From the NCBI GenBank assembly GCA_951406725.2, contig OX597828.1, positions 37,882,001 to 37,946,000 of the forward strand: DNA of 64,000 nt. The letters are read 5' to 3'. This document shows positions 1 to 14,143 of the stretch, piece by piece. The notes beneath the pieces are model-generated. The model saw nothing but the letters and a program-made list of their open reading frames with translations, had not been told where the DNA came from and made no database searches. The DNA is from Octopus vulgaris. Lineage: Eukaryota. The stretch's first letter is position 1; the number at the start of each line of letters is the position of its first letter. The position numbers and the translations under genes were made by a program.

Positions 1-1099
1 ATTTATGAACTTGTGAATGTTTGTTTATATATATATATTTTGTATTTATGTGTATGTGTGTATATACGTGTTTGAAATCCTGTCTCTATGTGTGTGTGCT
101 TAAAAGTGAGCCTGTGCATGACAGTTCCTTATGATATCGTTTATTACACAGGTGTGATACAATATCACCATAGAATACCGAACAAAGAGTATATAAGCAA
201 CGCAACGCCTATTGTGTAAAAAATTCGACAAAGAACAAAAACCTAACATTTTAAAGTCCTAAACCAGAATAATGCACAGGAATTATTATCTAGAATTTTT
301 GAAAATATATCGTAAAATTCTATATACATAAATTATCAACAGTAAATCTGTTTAATAAGTAGTGTCGTTCGGTTCTTTCGTAATATTAACACAATAAAAT
401 AGACACATAATTATATGTATAAGAGAGAGTGACAGAGATATAGAGTGAGACAAAGAGTGTGTTGCATGCGTCTGTGTGTGTAATTGAGTTTGTATCTTAT
501 TGTTTGAATATGTTGCTTGGGTTCAGCAAGCAATGTTGAGCAATATGAATGTTCGTAGCTGAGAGAGAAAATTATTGTAGCCTTGTTTGAGCTAATTTAC
601 TGCGCGTTCGAATTCATTTTATTGCACACTAATAAAGTATGAACGCCAGATTAAAAAATTTTCTTTGTCCATTGCACATATATGTAAGTATGTGTGTATG
701 CATGCATGTGTGATTTTATGATTTTCCATTGAGCTTATCTAAACTCTTCTTGAGAGAGTTCAAGCTCGTCGGTAACAAAGCGACAGCGCGCTTTGAGTAA
801 AGATAGTTCCCGGTGTTTGTAAATATGTCGTTGAGTTGATGTGTTGATTGGACAACTCCACATATATATGAAGATTTCTATTGGTTTCTGCTAAAAAGTT
901 GTCAATGACTTCGAACATTGGGATGATAACCCGAAACTTCATATAACCAAAGTATTCCTTATAAAATTATTTATAGATATAGGTCGCCTTGAAGAACAAA
1001 GTTATATCAAATATTAACTAAAGGCAATATAATATAAAATATACATATATATATATATATATATTGAATGTGTGTGTGCGTGTTTGTGTGTGTATGTGT

Positions 1100-1258
1100 G
1101 TGGTGTGGCTGTGCGGTAAGACGCTTGATCTCTAATCACATTGTTCTGTTTGAGTTCAGTCCCATTATGTGCCACCTTCGGCAAGTGTCTTCTACTATGG
1201 CGTCGGGTCGACCAAATCCTTGTGAGTGAATTTGGTAGGCGGAAACTATAAGTATGAG
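1100..1258 (+). mobile_element. tRNA-derived SINE family A, 5' half
   Basis: GTGGCTGTGCGGTAAG (A-box-like) ... GAGTTCAGTCCC (B-box-like) ... CCTTCGGCAAGTGTCTTCT (CORE-like motif). The same sequence recurs at about 3376, 7155, 23815(-), 24668, 37980, 38461, 56900(-) and 60188. Confidence 0.8.
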
Positions 1259-1261
1259 AGA

Positions 1262-1800
1262 CCGTAGAAAGATCCATAAGAATCAAAATACTAAGAATGC
1301 ATGTAAAGAGCAACTTCATTGCATAAACATACAATATCCTACAGACCTTAAACTTAGACCAAGTAGACCAGTAGCAGACCCGAACGGGCAACATTTTAGA
1401 CACATTACTGAAACCTATTTTAGATACATACCACCTCTTGTAAGGGACGATCTGGACCTGTTAAAGCACCTCCAAAAATTCATCAAGAATGACACCATTA
1501 TTGCAACTTCTGGTGCCGTAAACCTCTGTACCACAATCCCACATAAATATGGGCTAGAGGCAATAAATGTCTGGCTTGAGAAATTTCCTCATGAAATTCC
1601 AGACGTAATTGAAAAGAGATTCATCATTGAGGGATTAAAGTATCCACGAAAACAACTTTTTTGACTTCGATGGCAATATTTACTAATAAATATCTGGGAC
1701 TGTGATGGGGACGAATGTTGCCAATCTAGTCATGGCTTATATGGGGGTCTAGGTACATGCACAATCTAAATTAATATATGGCTTCAACTTCCACAAATAT
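1262..1800 (+). pseudogene. Penelope-like element reverse transcriptase fragment (degenerate)
   Basis: ORF 1254-1664 reads RDDLDLLKHL...ATSGAVNLCTTIPHKYGLEAINVWLEKFP. After a frameshift it continues FDFDGNIY..ISGTVMGTNVANLVMAY, matching PLE RT motifs (FDVxxLYTxIP; GxAMGxxxAPxxANLxM). Confidence 0.8.
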
Positions 1801-2254
1801 CTATTTGACACTAACGCACAAACGCAGCGGGAAACGTACAAAATGTTATAGACTTAATCATGTGTTTATTTTCAACAAACACTTGACGGAAAAAAGAGCA
1901 TTGATGTTTGGACATGTTCAGTCAACTGTGTCAGCCTTAACTTACAATGCCAAGCATTTTCACACGACTTTGCGGGGAACCTAAGAAAATTTCTATAACC
2001 AGTAATATGACTATCCACTGCCAATGAAATCATACTAATTTGAGCCATGAAATTCCTATATGAATTGGGCAGGCTTCAAACACTAGTCGGAAGCTAGACA
2101 ACTGCGACAAAAGTCACGTCTTTCTATTTGAACTTATTGAAAATCACTGTAAACTGTGAAACCGGTTAAAGCTTTAAATATATTAATAAAAGATACATAT
2201 TATATTGTGTGAGTCTATATGTGTGTATGTGTGTACATGGTGAAAAACCGGTTT

Positions 2255-2527
2255 GTAATCTAGATCCAAGAGATCCTTTAATGCAACTGAAAATTCAACA
2301 ATATTAACAATATAGTTGTGCAGGTGTTTGTGTATATGTGCGATTATTTGAAGTCAGGGCATGCGCAGATCTGTTTCGTTTCCATTATATCGTTGCTTTT
2401 TCAGAAAATGAAGAAATAGTTTCACCATTCCATAACAAAACCGTTGTATCATACTTTCACAATTCATATCTAGGCATCTGAAGCAGCTGAAGATACGATA
2501 GTTTGACCAAAAGAACTGGTTATTGCA
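2255..2527 (+). repeat. Dispersed ~270-bp repeat, copy 1 (inverted relative to 6121-6385)
   Basis: Reverse complement of 6121-6385 along its length, e.g. TTTGAAGTCAGGGCATGCGCAGAT vs ATCTGCGCATGCCCTGACTTCAAA. Confidence 0.85.
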
Positions 2528-2869
2528 AACAAAAATATATATTGCAAAAAAAAAAAAAAGAACGCATTCGGACAAATTTGAAAACACGACAGTTTAACAT
2601 AACAGCAATGATATATATATACTCCTACATATAGTTTCATGTTTAACATATTTCATTGAGTTTTCTTGTACTTTATGTATTTTTATTTCTACTAAAATAA
2701 CATATTTCCTTATATTTGATAGTTTAATAAAACTCGCATTTTTCTATTACTGTACGTTACACATTATTTTATGCGTACTAAAATATATACTGAACACTTT
2801 TACTGAAGCTTATGATGTTGTATGGTTGTAACAAAATGGTCATTAGTCATATTTTGTATCCTGTTACGA

Positions 2870-3225
2870 TGGAGGTACAATGACCCAGTGGTTAGGGCAG
2901 CGGACTCGCGGTCAAAGGATCGCGGTTTCGATTCCCATACTTAGCATTGTGAGTATTTATTGAGCGAAAACACCTAAAGCTCCACGAGGCTCCGGCAGGT
3001 GGCTGTGGCGAACCCTCCTATTCTCTTTCACCACAGCATTTTCTCACACTTTGTTTCTGTTGTACCTGTATTTCAAAGGGCCAGCCTAGTCACATTCTGT
3101 GCCACGCTGAATCTCTGCGAGAACTACGTTAAGGGTACACGTGTCTGTGGAGTGCTCAGCCGCTTGTACGTTAAATTCACGAGCAACCGGAACCCGCGTC
3201 GCCGTAACCGACGGAGTGCCACGAC
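2870..3225 (+). mobile_element. tRNA-derived SINE family C (head 1 + tail X), full length
   Basis: tRNA-like head TGACCCAGTGGTTAGGGCAGCGGACTCGCGGTC...GGTTTCGATTCC. 10-bp TSD CCTGTTACGA at 2860-2869 and 3226-3235. Second copy at 36975-37340. Confidence 0.85.
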
Positions 3226-3375
3226 CCTGTTACGAAAATAAAGTTTCATAAATTTTCACTTCAATATTCATTTTCCTTTATTGTTCATTACAGTACGTGT
3301 TATACTTTCATAGTAAAATTCACATTTAAGTTCACCTGCATTAGAATAATTTTACATTTATGTAGGAGAAGTCGC

Positions 3376-3505
3376 CGGAACCACATGGTTCCCGATTCAG
3401 ACCCACAACGTGGCACTTTGGGCAAGTGTCTTCTGATAAGGCCTCGAGCAGACCAAATCCTTGTGAGCGGATTTGGTAGACGGAAACTGAAAGAAGCGCG
3501 TCGTA
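3376..3505 (+). mobile_element. SINE family A, 5' half
   Basis: AACCACATGGTTCCCGATTCAGACCC...GGCACTTTGGGCAAGTGTCTTCT...GGAAACTGAAAGAAGCGCGTCGTA, followed by the internal microsatellite. Confidence 0.8.
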
Positions 3506-3523
3506 TACATACGTACATACATA

Positions 3524-3558
<35 letters not shown>

Positions 3559-3579
3559 AACACATATATGCATATACAT

Positions 3580-3798
3580 ATAAATTAAATAATGAGGGTA
3601 GAAATTGATAAAAAAAACACAAAGATTAAAAATTATATTACATACAAAATTAAGAGGAATAACCACAAAAGTGGTCTCCTAATATGCTAAAAATAGACGT
3701 CAAATCCCTATTCGCACGAAGAGTGGTAATGGCGATTTGACGTCTATATTTAGCATATTAGTAATCCACTTCAGTGGTCATTCATCTTAATTCTGTGA

Positions 3799-3800
<2 letters not shown>
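3580..3800. repeat. Asymmetric fold-back element between AT-rich microsatellites
   Basis: 59-bp arms 3648-3706 and 3734-3792 (about 8 mismatches) with a 27-nt spacer. A fragment of the same arm lies at about 25217-25266 between (TA)n tracts. Confidence 0.8.
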
Positions 3801-4519
<719 letters not shown>

Positions 4520-4529
4520 TATACGTATG

Positions 4530-4740
4530 TGTGTGTGTCTGTATTACTCTCCCAACCACCGCTTGACAACCTGTGTTGGTGTGTTTTAATCCTCTGTAAG
4601 TTAGCGGTTCAGCTAAAGAGACCCACAGAATAAGTATCAGGATTAAAAGGAAAGAAGTGCAGGGGTCGATTAATTCGACTAAAAATTCAAGGTTGTGCCC
4701 CAGCATGGCCGCAGTCTAATGACTGAAACAAGTAAAAGAA
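4530..4740 (+). mobile_element. SINE family A, 3' half
   Basis: ACCACCGCTTGACAAC...TTAGCGGTTC...CCCAGCATGGCCGCAGTCTAATGACTGAAACAAGTAAAAGA, matching the 3' halves at about 38640-38795 and 23815(-). Confidence 0.8.
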
Positions 4741-5328
4741 CATATTATATATTATGATAAATATTTTTGTACACTTTTGCTAATATACTGTTTTTTTTTT
4801 GTATTTTTTTCAATTCCAAAATAAGTGCTTTCATATATTTTAAACATCTTTACAAGTCCTTTGTTGCTGTGAGAGAAAGCAGATAATCATCTTTTGGTGA
4901 GATATTGAAGATATGGAGTGAAAGGTTTTTCGAAGAACTAGGTGCAATGAAAAATTAAATAAAGTCAATGGAATATAACATAACCAACAACAAGCCGTAC
5001 ATCTCAGTGTACGAAGAATGTAGTGGAGGTAAGCAAATAAAGATGACGTTTAACAGATAAGATCCTGCAGATAATCATTTTGACTTTGCAGTCAGACAAG
5101 ATCTAGCTCCGTTAGATTTTATCTGTTTACTTAACGAGAAATATTATTTAGCGAAGAAGTAAACGATAACCTGAAACAAAAGAAGTTAAAACTTCTTTTG
5201 TAAGGAGATTTCTTCAAAGCAATCATTGTGATAGAGAGACTTCTTCCGTTCTGTCTTCTACCATCCATATATTCTAAACTCACGATGTTTCAGAGTAAGG
5301 AAGTTTGTTCAACTTTCTTACGAGGTAG

Positions 5329-5655
5329 CAGGAGCACTCCGTCGGTTACGACGACCAGGGTCCCAGCTGATACGATCAACGGAACAGCTTGCTCGTGAAA
5401 TTAACGTGTAAGTGGCTGAGCACTCTAGAGATACGTGTACCCCTAACGTAGTTCTCAGGGAGATTCAGCGTGACACAGAGTGTGACAAGGCCGGCCCTCT
5501 GAAATACAGGTACAACTCATTTTTTGCCAGCTGAGTGAACTGGAGCAACGTGAAATAAAGTGTTTGCTCAAGGACCCAACGCGTCGCTGGAGATTGAACT
5601 CACGACCTTACACTCGTGAGCCGAATGCCCTAAGCACTAAGCCACGCGCCTTCAC
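5329..5655 (-). mobile_element. tRNA-derived SINE (head 2 + tail X), full length
   Basis: Minus-strand head GTGAAGGCGCGTGGCTTAGTGCTTAGGGCATTCGGCTCACGA...GAGTTCAATC. The 3' part is shared with 2870-3225. 12-bp TSD CTTACGAGGTAG at 5317-5328 and 5655-5666. Confidence 0.85.
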
Positions 5656-6120
5656 TTACGAGGTAGTAGAACTAAAGAGAAAAATTGACATAAATTTTAG
5701 CATTAGACGAAATGCCTTGCGATCAGTGTTCAAATCCTGTCGAAGACAATTTCGTCTTTTATCCGTCTTAAGTCAATAAATAAAACAAAAATTCATTTGG
5801 ATTCAACACCACAAAATTTAATTTCTAATGATAGCAGTTTCTTTGCCTATTCACCTTTAAAGGAATGTGAATCTTTTTTATTTATCATATGACACTAATA
5901 TTTACTTCACTTTTAAAGCGACGAACTGGCAGAAGGTTAAGCACGCTGCTTAGCGACATCTCATCCGTCTTTTCGTTTTGAGATCAAATGCCGCTGAGGT
6001 CGAATTCACCTTTCGTCCTCTCAGAGTTGATAAAATAAGTAGCAGTCGGTCACTTTGTCTTGGGCTACAATTTGAAACCAGTGTTTACCTCACGCGTTTA
6101 CCTTTATTTTATTTTTGATT

Positions 6121-6385
6121 TCAATAGCCGGCTATTTTGGTCAAACTATCGTATCTCCAGCTGCTTCAGATGCCAAGATATAAATTGTGAAAGTGTAGTA
6201 CAATGGTTTTGGTATGGAATGGTAAAACTATTTTTTCGTTTTCTGAAAAAGATATAATGGAAACGAAACATCTGCGCATGCCCTGACTTCAAACAATCGC
6301 ACATATACACAAACACCTACACAACAACATTGTTAATATTGTTGAATCTTCAGTTCCATTGAAAGATCCCTTGGATTTAGATTGC
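6121..6385 (-). repeat. Dispersed ~270-bp repeat, copy 2
   Basis: Reverse complement of 2255-2527. Confidence 0.85.
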
Positions 6386-7011
6386 TCACACACACACACA
6401 TACACTCACACACGCACATATACACTCACACACCACTTATTTAAATCTATATCAGGTGGCGAATTGGCAGAACTGATAAAGAATCGGACAAAATGCATTT
6501 TAGTATTTCTTCGAGTTTCTTACGCTTTGAGTTCAATTCCCAGCGAGTTCGACTTGATGCATTAGGCATGCCTTGATGAGTTCAGTCGAACAAATCGCCC
6601 ACAGTACTTAATCTCCTTAAAGACTTGTGTCTATTCTATCATCTAAGAATTGATGCATATACTAAATGATAAAATTCCTTCTAGGATTTTTCTACGACCC
6701 TTAATATTTTGATTTTAAATCCCTTGAGAGATGAATTGTGGGATTTCTTACAGCATGGAACACAATAACTTGTGGTATTTGGTCTGGCTTTTTTTTTTAC
6801 TTTCTGAATTCAAATCACACCATGGTTGAGTCTGACATTCATATTACCGTGATTGATGAGATAAAATACTAGTCAAGTAGTGTAATCGATATAATCTATT
6901 GATCTCACCTCTCCTCCGTATTTCTCGCATTCTGTTTACATTGGAAACAATTATTTTCTTTATGAATGATTTTCTTTAGCTCTCTGTTATATTAATTCAC
7001 ACACACATGCA

Positions 7012-7052
<41 letters not shown>

Positions 7053-7904
7053 AGACATTTGGTTCATTGCAAATAGGAAATATAAAGAAATGATGGATAG
7101 GAAATTCCCGAAACAAAGGGGAAAATATATATCAGAAAAAATTAATATAAAAGAGACGTGGCTGTGTGATAAGAAGCTTGCTTCACAATCACATAGACCC
7201 GGGTTCAGTCCCACTACGTGTCATTTTGGAGAAGTGTCTCCTTACGACGGGCTTTTCACTACTTTCATTTTTTGTTTTGTTCTCTCTCCCCTTTTTTTCT
7301 TTGCTAATACAAGACCCACATCAGATTTCTCACTCGTATCATTATCGAAGCAAGGGCTTGACAACAGTCTGTCCATAGTTACCCGGTACTCTTTGTTTGG
7401 TTTCGTGACTGGCACGAACTGATTAGATTTTGGGATCGATCCCGTACCGGACAAGGATTCTGGATTGTTTTCTTTTTTTTTTATTAATTTTTTGAGCGGT
7501 CGGGTTAATTTTTAGTATTCTCATTTGTAAGAGCAGACGAGTTTATTTCAGATATTCTCATTAAAAAAAAAATCATCTCCGACTAATCGTTGAGAGGACG
7601 ATGGTGTTTCCTTGGCGGTGGCTTGCGCTGTCTGAGCGCTTTTGTTCAGTTTATTTTACGACTCCGAGAGAATAAAACATAAAACTTCACCCAGGTACGA
7701 TTTGAACTCAGAATGTAAAGAACCGAAATAAATGACGCATTGCAATGTTTTCCGACTTGTGAATAGTCCAGGTAACTAGTTACCCTAACATCATCCAGAA
7801 CTATAACATGATTAACAATAATAGCAATAACAAATATAATCAATTATTTCCGATATTATCAACGTTTCTCACTCACAGTGAACTCTGTAAATTGCACAGT
7901 TGTC

Positions 7905-8095
7905 TGTTTGTTTGTTTCTTCTCGAGCCATGCCTGGCTCATAAGGGCCGGTTTCCCGGTTTCCTTAGCGTATAGGATCCCCACCTGGACGGGACGCCGGT
8001 CCGTCGCAGGATAGCTGCAAGATGCAGGAGGAAAGAGTGAGAGAAAGTTGTGGCGAAGGAGTCAGTAGAAGTTCGCCATTGCCTTCCGCTGGCCA
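7905..8095 (-). mobile_element. SINE family C variant (tail Y), 3' part
   Basis: Reverse complement of the 3' part of 31797-32097 (GAAGGCAATGGCGAACTTCT...CGTCCCGTCCAGGTGGG...GAAACCGGCC). Confidence 0.8.
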
Positions 8096-8189
8096 TGTAC
8101 CTCCACTACAGTTGTCTGTTACACAACCAACATAAAAGAAATATATCTGAGTATTAGCAGGAGAAACGCTTTTATGATCACGCACCCAG

Positions 8190-8462
8190 CATTTCGTATA
8201 CCCACTCTAGCATCTGCCCACATTTCATATACATACTATAGTATCTACCCACATTTCATGCACCTACTTTAGCATCTGCCCACATTTCATCCACCTAGTC
8301 TAGCCTCAACCCACATTTCATACACCCAATCTAGCAACTGCTCACATTTCATACACCCATGGTAGTAGCTGCCCATATTTCATACATCCTCTGTAGCATC
8401 TGACACATTTCATACACACACTGTCACCTCTGCCCGTATTTCATGTACCTACTCAAGCAGCT
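8190..8462. repeat. 31-bp minisatellite, about 9 diverged units
   Basis: Unit approximately CATTTCATACACCCACTCTAGCATCTGCCCA, starting at 8190, 8221, 8252, 8283, 8314, 8345 and onward. Confidence 0.9.
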
Positions 8463-8492
8463 TTGAACACAAACTATTTTAACTTCTGCTAC

Positions 8493-8548
<56 letters not shown>

Positions 8549-8727
8549 TACACAGCAGCTGCTAGAATTAGCCGTCAAATTAGATTCAAATGAAATTTTG
8601 CTATCTTAAATTAAATAAGGAAGTAAGGAAGGATATTCTATTCCTGATAAACAAAGTGACGGAATGATTGCAACAGGAAGGCTTTGAGCTTAGGCCTACT
8701 CGATCAGCATTAACCTAGGGCTAAACA

Positions 8728-8729
<2 letters not shown>

Positions 8730-8760
<31 letters not shown>

Positions 8761-8761
8761 C

Positions 8762-8823
<62 letters not shown>

Positions 8824-8825
8824 AT

Positions 8826-8886
<61 letters not shown>
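8730..8886. repeat. (TAG)n microsatellite
   Basis: Direct reading. Confidence 0.95.
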
Positions 8887-8887
<1 letters not shown>

Positions 8888-9338
8888 ATCGTTGTTGTTT
8901 TTGTTGCTTTTTTTGTATCTTTACATCGTTTTCGAGAAAAGATTTTCAGTTCAGTTGGCATTTTCGTTTCACGAAAACAAGTTAATCACATAATGCATTT
9001 ATGTAGTTACTTATTTGTTTATTCACTGTTGTTGTTTATTTATTGTTGTTTATTGATTTATCAAGCAAGGTAAAACACGAAGTTGTTAGAGCGTCGAATA
9101 ATATGTCTGGCACTACTTGACTTCGTTTTGACCTTCCAGCCTATGGCTGAAGTCAACTTCACTTTTTAACCTATAACAACGTAATTTTCATGGTCATTCC
9201 CGTAATGCTGTTCCTTGTTCACCAAAAACAATAGACGTTATATTTTCTGCCATAAGTTTTCAATACCTCCCGTTGTTACGGTTTACGTATTCGTCAGTAA
9301 AGTATTTGATTCTTGCTCTGCAAATACATTTTATGAAA

Positions 9339-9733
9339 TCTAAATATATAAAGCTGAAGTTGTCTGTGTTTGTGTGGCAGGTTTTGTAGCCTTCAACTAA
9401 CACTATCTCCTCCGAGACCCTGCGGCGCAAGTTGACCAATATCGAAAGTATGATAGAAGAAGGCTTGCTCTTCATTCCGTAGAAGATAAAATTCAAATCG
9501 GACCATGTTAAGAGCAAAAATTATTTACATCAAAAAGGTGCTTTTTTTTCTATGAAAATCCCTATTTTTTACGATTTTTTTATTGCTGTGTCGCCATTTT
9601 TCGGTATATTTCAACCAGAAAAATATTCACTTAAAGAGAATAACAAGCTACATAATGCAAATGTTTTACTTTTCAAAAATTCCAATTCTAAAGGGTCGGA
9701 ACAAACCCGAGCAAAGCTGGGCGATACTGCTAG
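9339..9733 (+). mobile_element. Non-autonomous Helitron, complete (~395 bp)
   Basis: 5' A|TCTAAATATATAAAG. Subterminal GC hairpin CCCGAGCAAAGCTGGG (9706-9721). 3' CTAG|T at 9730-9734. Inserted between A and T with no TSD. Confidence 0.75.
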
Positions 9734-11340
9734 TATCTGAAAAATTAAGAAAATCTCAACAATTGTCCTTTTTAAAATGCATCACTGAGGATGTTTTCGC
9801 TTTCCTCAGCATAAGGATAAGTTTTTTCAAAGCTGTTGGGCAGAAACACTTTCAGCTGATATATCTACTTTTCACATCCAAAGAGTTAGAATACTACTCC
9901 ATGAATACCAATTTATGCAAAAAACTAGTAGAATTACTAGAGAGTCGGCCAAGACGTCTTGCGTTATGAGTTTCCGGCTCTTTGCTTTCTGAGTGCAAAT
10001 TCTACCTCCTCGTAGCCAAAAACAGGCGCTACGTAACCCATGGAACGGTAACAGACCCCCTATACCAGACAGAGTGACGCGTCGATTAGAACATGCTGCT
10101 AGCATCCAAGTGGGCCCCATCCGATGTGAAATAATTGGTGACCAAAAGAAAGAACAAAAGAGAAAAATTGAAGATATACTTGTTCGTACTCTTTGGTTCT
10201 AGACATTTAACTGTTCAAACAATCGCGATTTGTAATTTTTTGATAGACTGCAGTGGAGGAATCAGCTCTGTCTATGGCTCTAAGAGGTCCTTCGATGCGG
10301 GAAATACCGATTTGGCTGTTGTTTCTATTCAACAGATGTAAAGTAATGGCTGTGGGTGGAACAAGACAAGCGGCGTAATTCAGGAACGATGACGTTCTGG
10401 AGCGAAAGAACTGGTTGATATGGTTAGCATAGGGCATGATGAGAAAACGAAAGTGATGGTGAGAACGGAAAAGACAAATGAGTAAACTCAATATGGCTTC
10501 TTCAATGTTGTCTTATAAAATAATAGAGTAACGAAAGAAATCCTACGGTGTCACTCAAACATCTACTTGACGTCTTAAATGGAAGGATAATCTCCAGGGT
10601 AAATTAATCCTGGAGATTTAAAGTGATGATGATCACACTTGAGACACATTTGATCATAGATAAGAGGTTAAACAATAACAATTTAATCCTGAATATACAA
10701 AGTGAGGATTAACAAGGCTGAACAACTGAACATTCAGGAGTTTTCTACCAGACCGGTCAAACGATTAGAAATAGCAATTAGCTCTTCCTGACATCACAAC
10801 TTGCGATCTTTAATGTAGTAACTTATTGCTTCATGTAGTCATGGATAAATTACGCCTAATTAAAAGACATGGAAATCATGGATGAAAAACATTTAAGCAC
10901 TGGTTTAAATGATCAGGTTTTACAAGCAGCCAAACAGCATCGATTGCAACGCTGCAGATGCAATCGTATGCACAGTGTGAATGTCTCTACAAGGACTCTG
11001 GATGTGTGAATAGAGAGATACGAGCTTCATAATACTAATGACACGGTTCTTAATCGGGTTTGATGTCGGTTTGATGTGGGTTTGATGTCGCTTCGTTGGC
11101 GTCGATGATTCACTGCGAACTTCTTTGACATGAAACGCTTTGTTTCTCTCGTTCACCAATCTTCAGTCTACCTGCCTCCCCTCTCTCCCCCTTTCTCTCT
11201 CAATTTATCTGTCTCTCTGTATGTCAGTCTCTCTCTCTCTCATTCTTTCTCCTCCTCTCTCTCTTTGTTTATAAGTATGAGCATATTTATATGTATGAGG
11301 AGAATAAAAGTGTTTATGTGAATTGTGTTCAGCATCTCTT

Positions 11341-11391
<51 letters not shown>

Positions 11392-11997
11392 CTATCTATC
11401 ATTTATGTGTGTGAGCTTATTTCCCTATGTGTATGAGAAAGAAAGTGTTTATGCCAATTGTGTTCAATTTCTCTCTTTCTTTTTCTTTCTTTCTTTCTTT
11501 ATTTTTCTTTCACCCTCTCTCTTTCTGTCTGTATGTGCATCTTTCTGTGCATCCTTGAGTGTGCTTGTGTACGTGTGCGTGTCTGTCTCTAGTATCAAAA
11601 AGTAACGCCACCAACAGAGGCTCAATGTCCGTGTTAAATCATTAGCTTCCAAAGAGCTGCGGCCGATTGCTTCACCCCTTTCTTTATTAACAGAACTCAA
11701 TTTATTATCTACAGTTATTCGTCTATTAAACACAGACCCAAGCAGAAGTAAATGAGTTGTTATCTATGAGAAAAGCTACAATCCAGACATTTGCTATGAA
11801 CGACCGTTTGCTATGTGTCTTACAAATGACATCTAATAAACGTAATTACATTATCAGATGTCCAATAGTACTTTGCCTTCAGCCACTGACACCGAAGAGG
11901 AAATTTCATATCAACTGCGGAATTTTTGTATCGAAAATAATTCAATTTTTTAACACATTTTCTCTGTCAACTAAATTGCGTGATATATCAACTAAAA

Positions 11998-12229
11998 TAC
12001 TCTTTTCTACTCTAGGCACAAGACCAGAATTTTTGAGGAATGGGGCCAGTCGATCAGACCGACCCCAGTATGCAACTGGTAATTAATTTATCAACCCCGA
12101 AAGGATGAAATTTGGCGGAATTTGAACTCAGAACGTAAAGACAGACGAAATACCACTAAGCATTTCACCCGGCGTGCTAACGTTTCTTATTTCTTTACTG
12201 CCCACAAGGGGCTACACACAGGGGACAAG
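11998..12229 (-). mobile_element. SINE family B copy with a second family-B tail fused to its head
   Basis: Minus strand: ...GTAGCCCCTTGTGGGCAGTAAAGAAAT joined directly to AAGAAACGTTAGCACGCCGGGTGAAATGCTTAG...TTCTGAGTTCAAATTCCGCC...TTTCATCCTTTCGGGGTTGATAAATTAATTACCAG. Confidence 0.75.
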
Positions 12230-12452
12230 TAGGTGAGCACGCGTACTCTTAACGTAGTTCTCATGGAGATTTAGCATGTCACAGATTTGACAAGGCTGGT
12301 CCTTTCAGTTACAGGTACTACTCAGCTGTGTGGACTGGAACAACATGAAATAAAGTGTCATACTCTAAGGTGCCACATGTCACTGCGAATCGAACTGACG
12401 TCCTTACGGTCGTGAGCCGAATACTCTGACCCCAAGGCTACGCACCTTCACA
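12230..12452 (-). mobile_element. tRNA-derived SINE (head 2 + tail X), diverged
   Basis: Colinear with 5415-5655. Confidence 0.7.
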
Positions 12453-13132
12453 GGAGACAACTGCTGAGTGCTCACGTCTTGTTCTGATTTTCTCAGCAAA
12501 CATCAGGCTTCCGAAACTTGCAGATTTTGAAACGAAGTAATTAGGAGGCAAACATATAGAGATTAATACATATATTGATGTAAGAAAATAGAGATAAAAG
12601 CGGAAAACGGAAAATACACGGATATATTTAAATACTTTCATTGTATACACCCGTTGCATTTGTTTCATTGATATTGCAATATAGTTTCTTAATACGCTCC
12701 ATATATCAGTATTCCGCAGTATCAGAGATCTATTGATAGAGTGTGTTTCTTTCAATAAATGAATGAACTCCTTACATTAGCATCGATCTCTAAGTGGTCT
12801 GCGATCTCAAGAGTCATAAACAACAGAAATTCGCCATAACGCTTTTGGTTTTTCTTTTGCTTTGAATCTTAATATATTAGGCAATACCAAAAATCTTATA
12901 TTTACTTATGCATGCACATACATACTCATTCAAACACACACAAACAGACGCACATGCATACACATATATGTGTGTGTGTGTCTGTATGTCCGTGTGTTTT
13001 TATGTGTGTGTGTGTATTTATGTGTGTTTTCGAACGTCTGTGTTTACATAGAAAATAAAGATATATATCATACATCTATATACATAAGTACGTATGTGTG
13101 TGTGTATGTATGTATGCTTGAGAGTGTGTGTG

Positions 13133-13190
<58 letters not shown>

Positions 13191-13462
13191 CGTGTACGCA
13201 TAGGTGAGTGTGTCGGCATAAACACACAACATTCTATATATTACCTCAAACAATACACACAGACTCATACACACACACGCACGGTCATAGACACACAGAC
13301 ATACAAACACAAACGCACTCATTCAACGAACGCAGAGACACGTGCGTATTGATGGCACGTATAAACGGGGTATACAGAAGCCATATACCTATATACCCAC
13401 ACAATAGGACACACTTCGAAATACATATATATATTCATAGTCATACATTCAAATATATAACT

Positions 13463-13512
<50 letters not shown>

Positions 13513-13571
13513 ATGCATTATGTATATATATGTGTGTGTATGTATTTGTGTGTGTAGCTATATCTATCTAG

Positions 13572-13674
<103 letters not shown>

Positions 13675-13867
13675 TGTATGTATACCTACCTATTTGTAAG
13701 TTTATATATATATGTACATATATCTTTAGAGAAATAGAAACGTTTTATGCATTGTATCTCTGGATTATTCACACAGCTTCATCTCCTTGTAAGTATCGGA
13801 ATGTATGTATGTATTTATAAATGTATGTATGTATGTATGTATGTATGTATGCATGTATGTATGTATG

Positions 13868-13911
<44 letters not shown>

Positions 13912-13968
13912 CTAGTCCATATATACATATATATGTACAAGCTCTTTGTGTATGTATATATGTTTGTG

Positions 13969-14018
<50 letters not shown>

Positions 14019-14094
14019 TACCTATTTGTATATAGACATACATATTTATATGAAAATGTATACTTACATGCACACAGATATATGTATATATGTG

Positions 14095-14143
<49 letters not shown>

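Noticed and set aside
760-942. Possible hAT transposase fragment (KFRV...VIDNFLAETNR)
   Set aside because: Resemblance is too short and weak to call without a search.
3648-3792. pre-miRNA hairpin
   Set aside because: The arm sequence recurs as a dispersed (TA)n-linked fragment at about 25217, and the stem is longer than a typical pre-miRNA; better explained as a mobile-element fold-back.
6570-6600. TTGATGA-GTTC-agtc-GAAC-AAA as a hammerhead
   Set aside because: No GAAA, no stems I or III, and it matches the reverse strand of the SINE A 3' region (TAGTCGAGCAAATCGACC at about 23875).
8190-8462. Regularly spaced ~31-bp repeats as a CRISPR array
   Set aside because: Contiguous tandem units without unique spacers, eukaryotic context, no cas genes.
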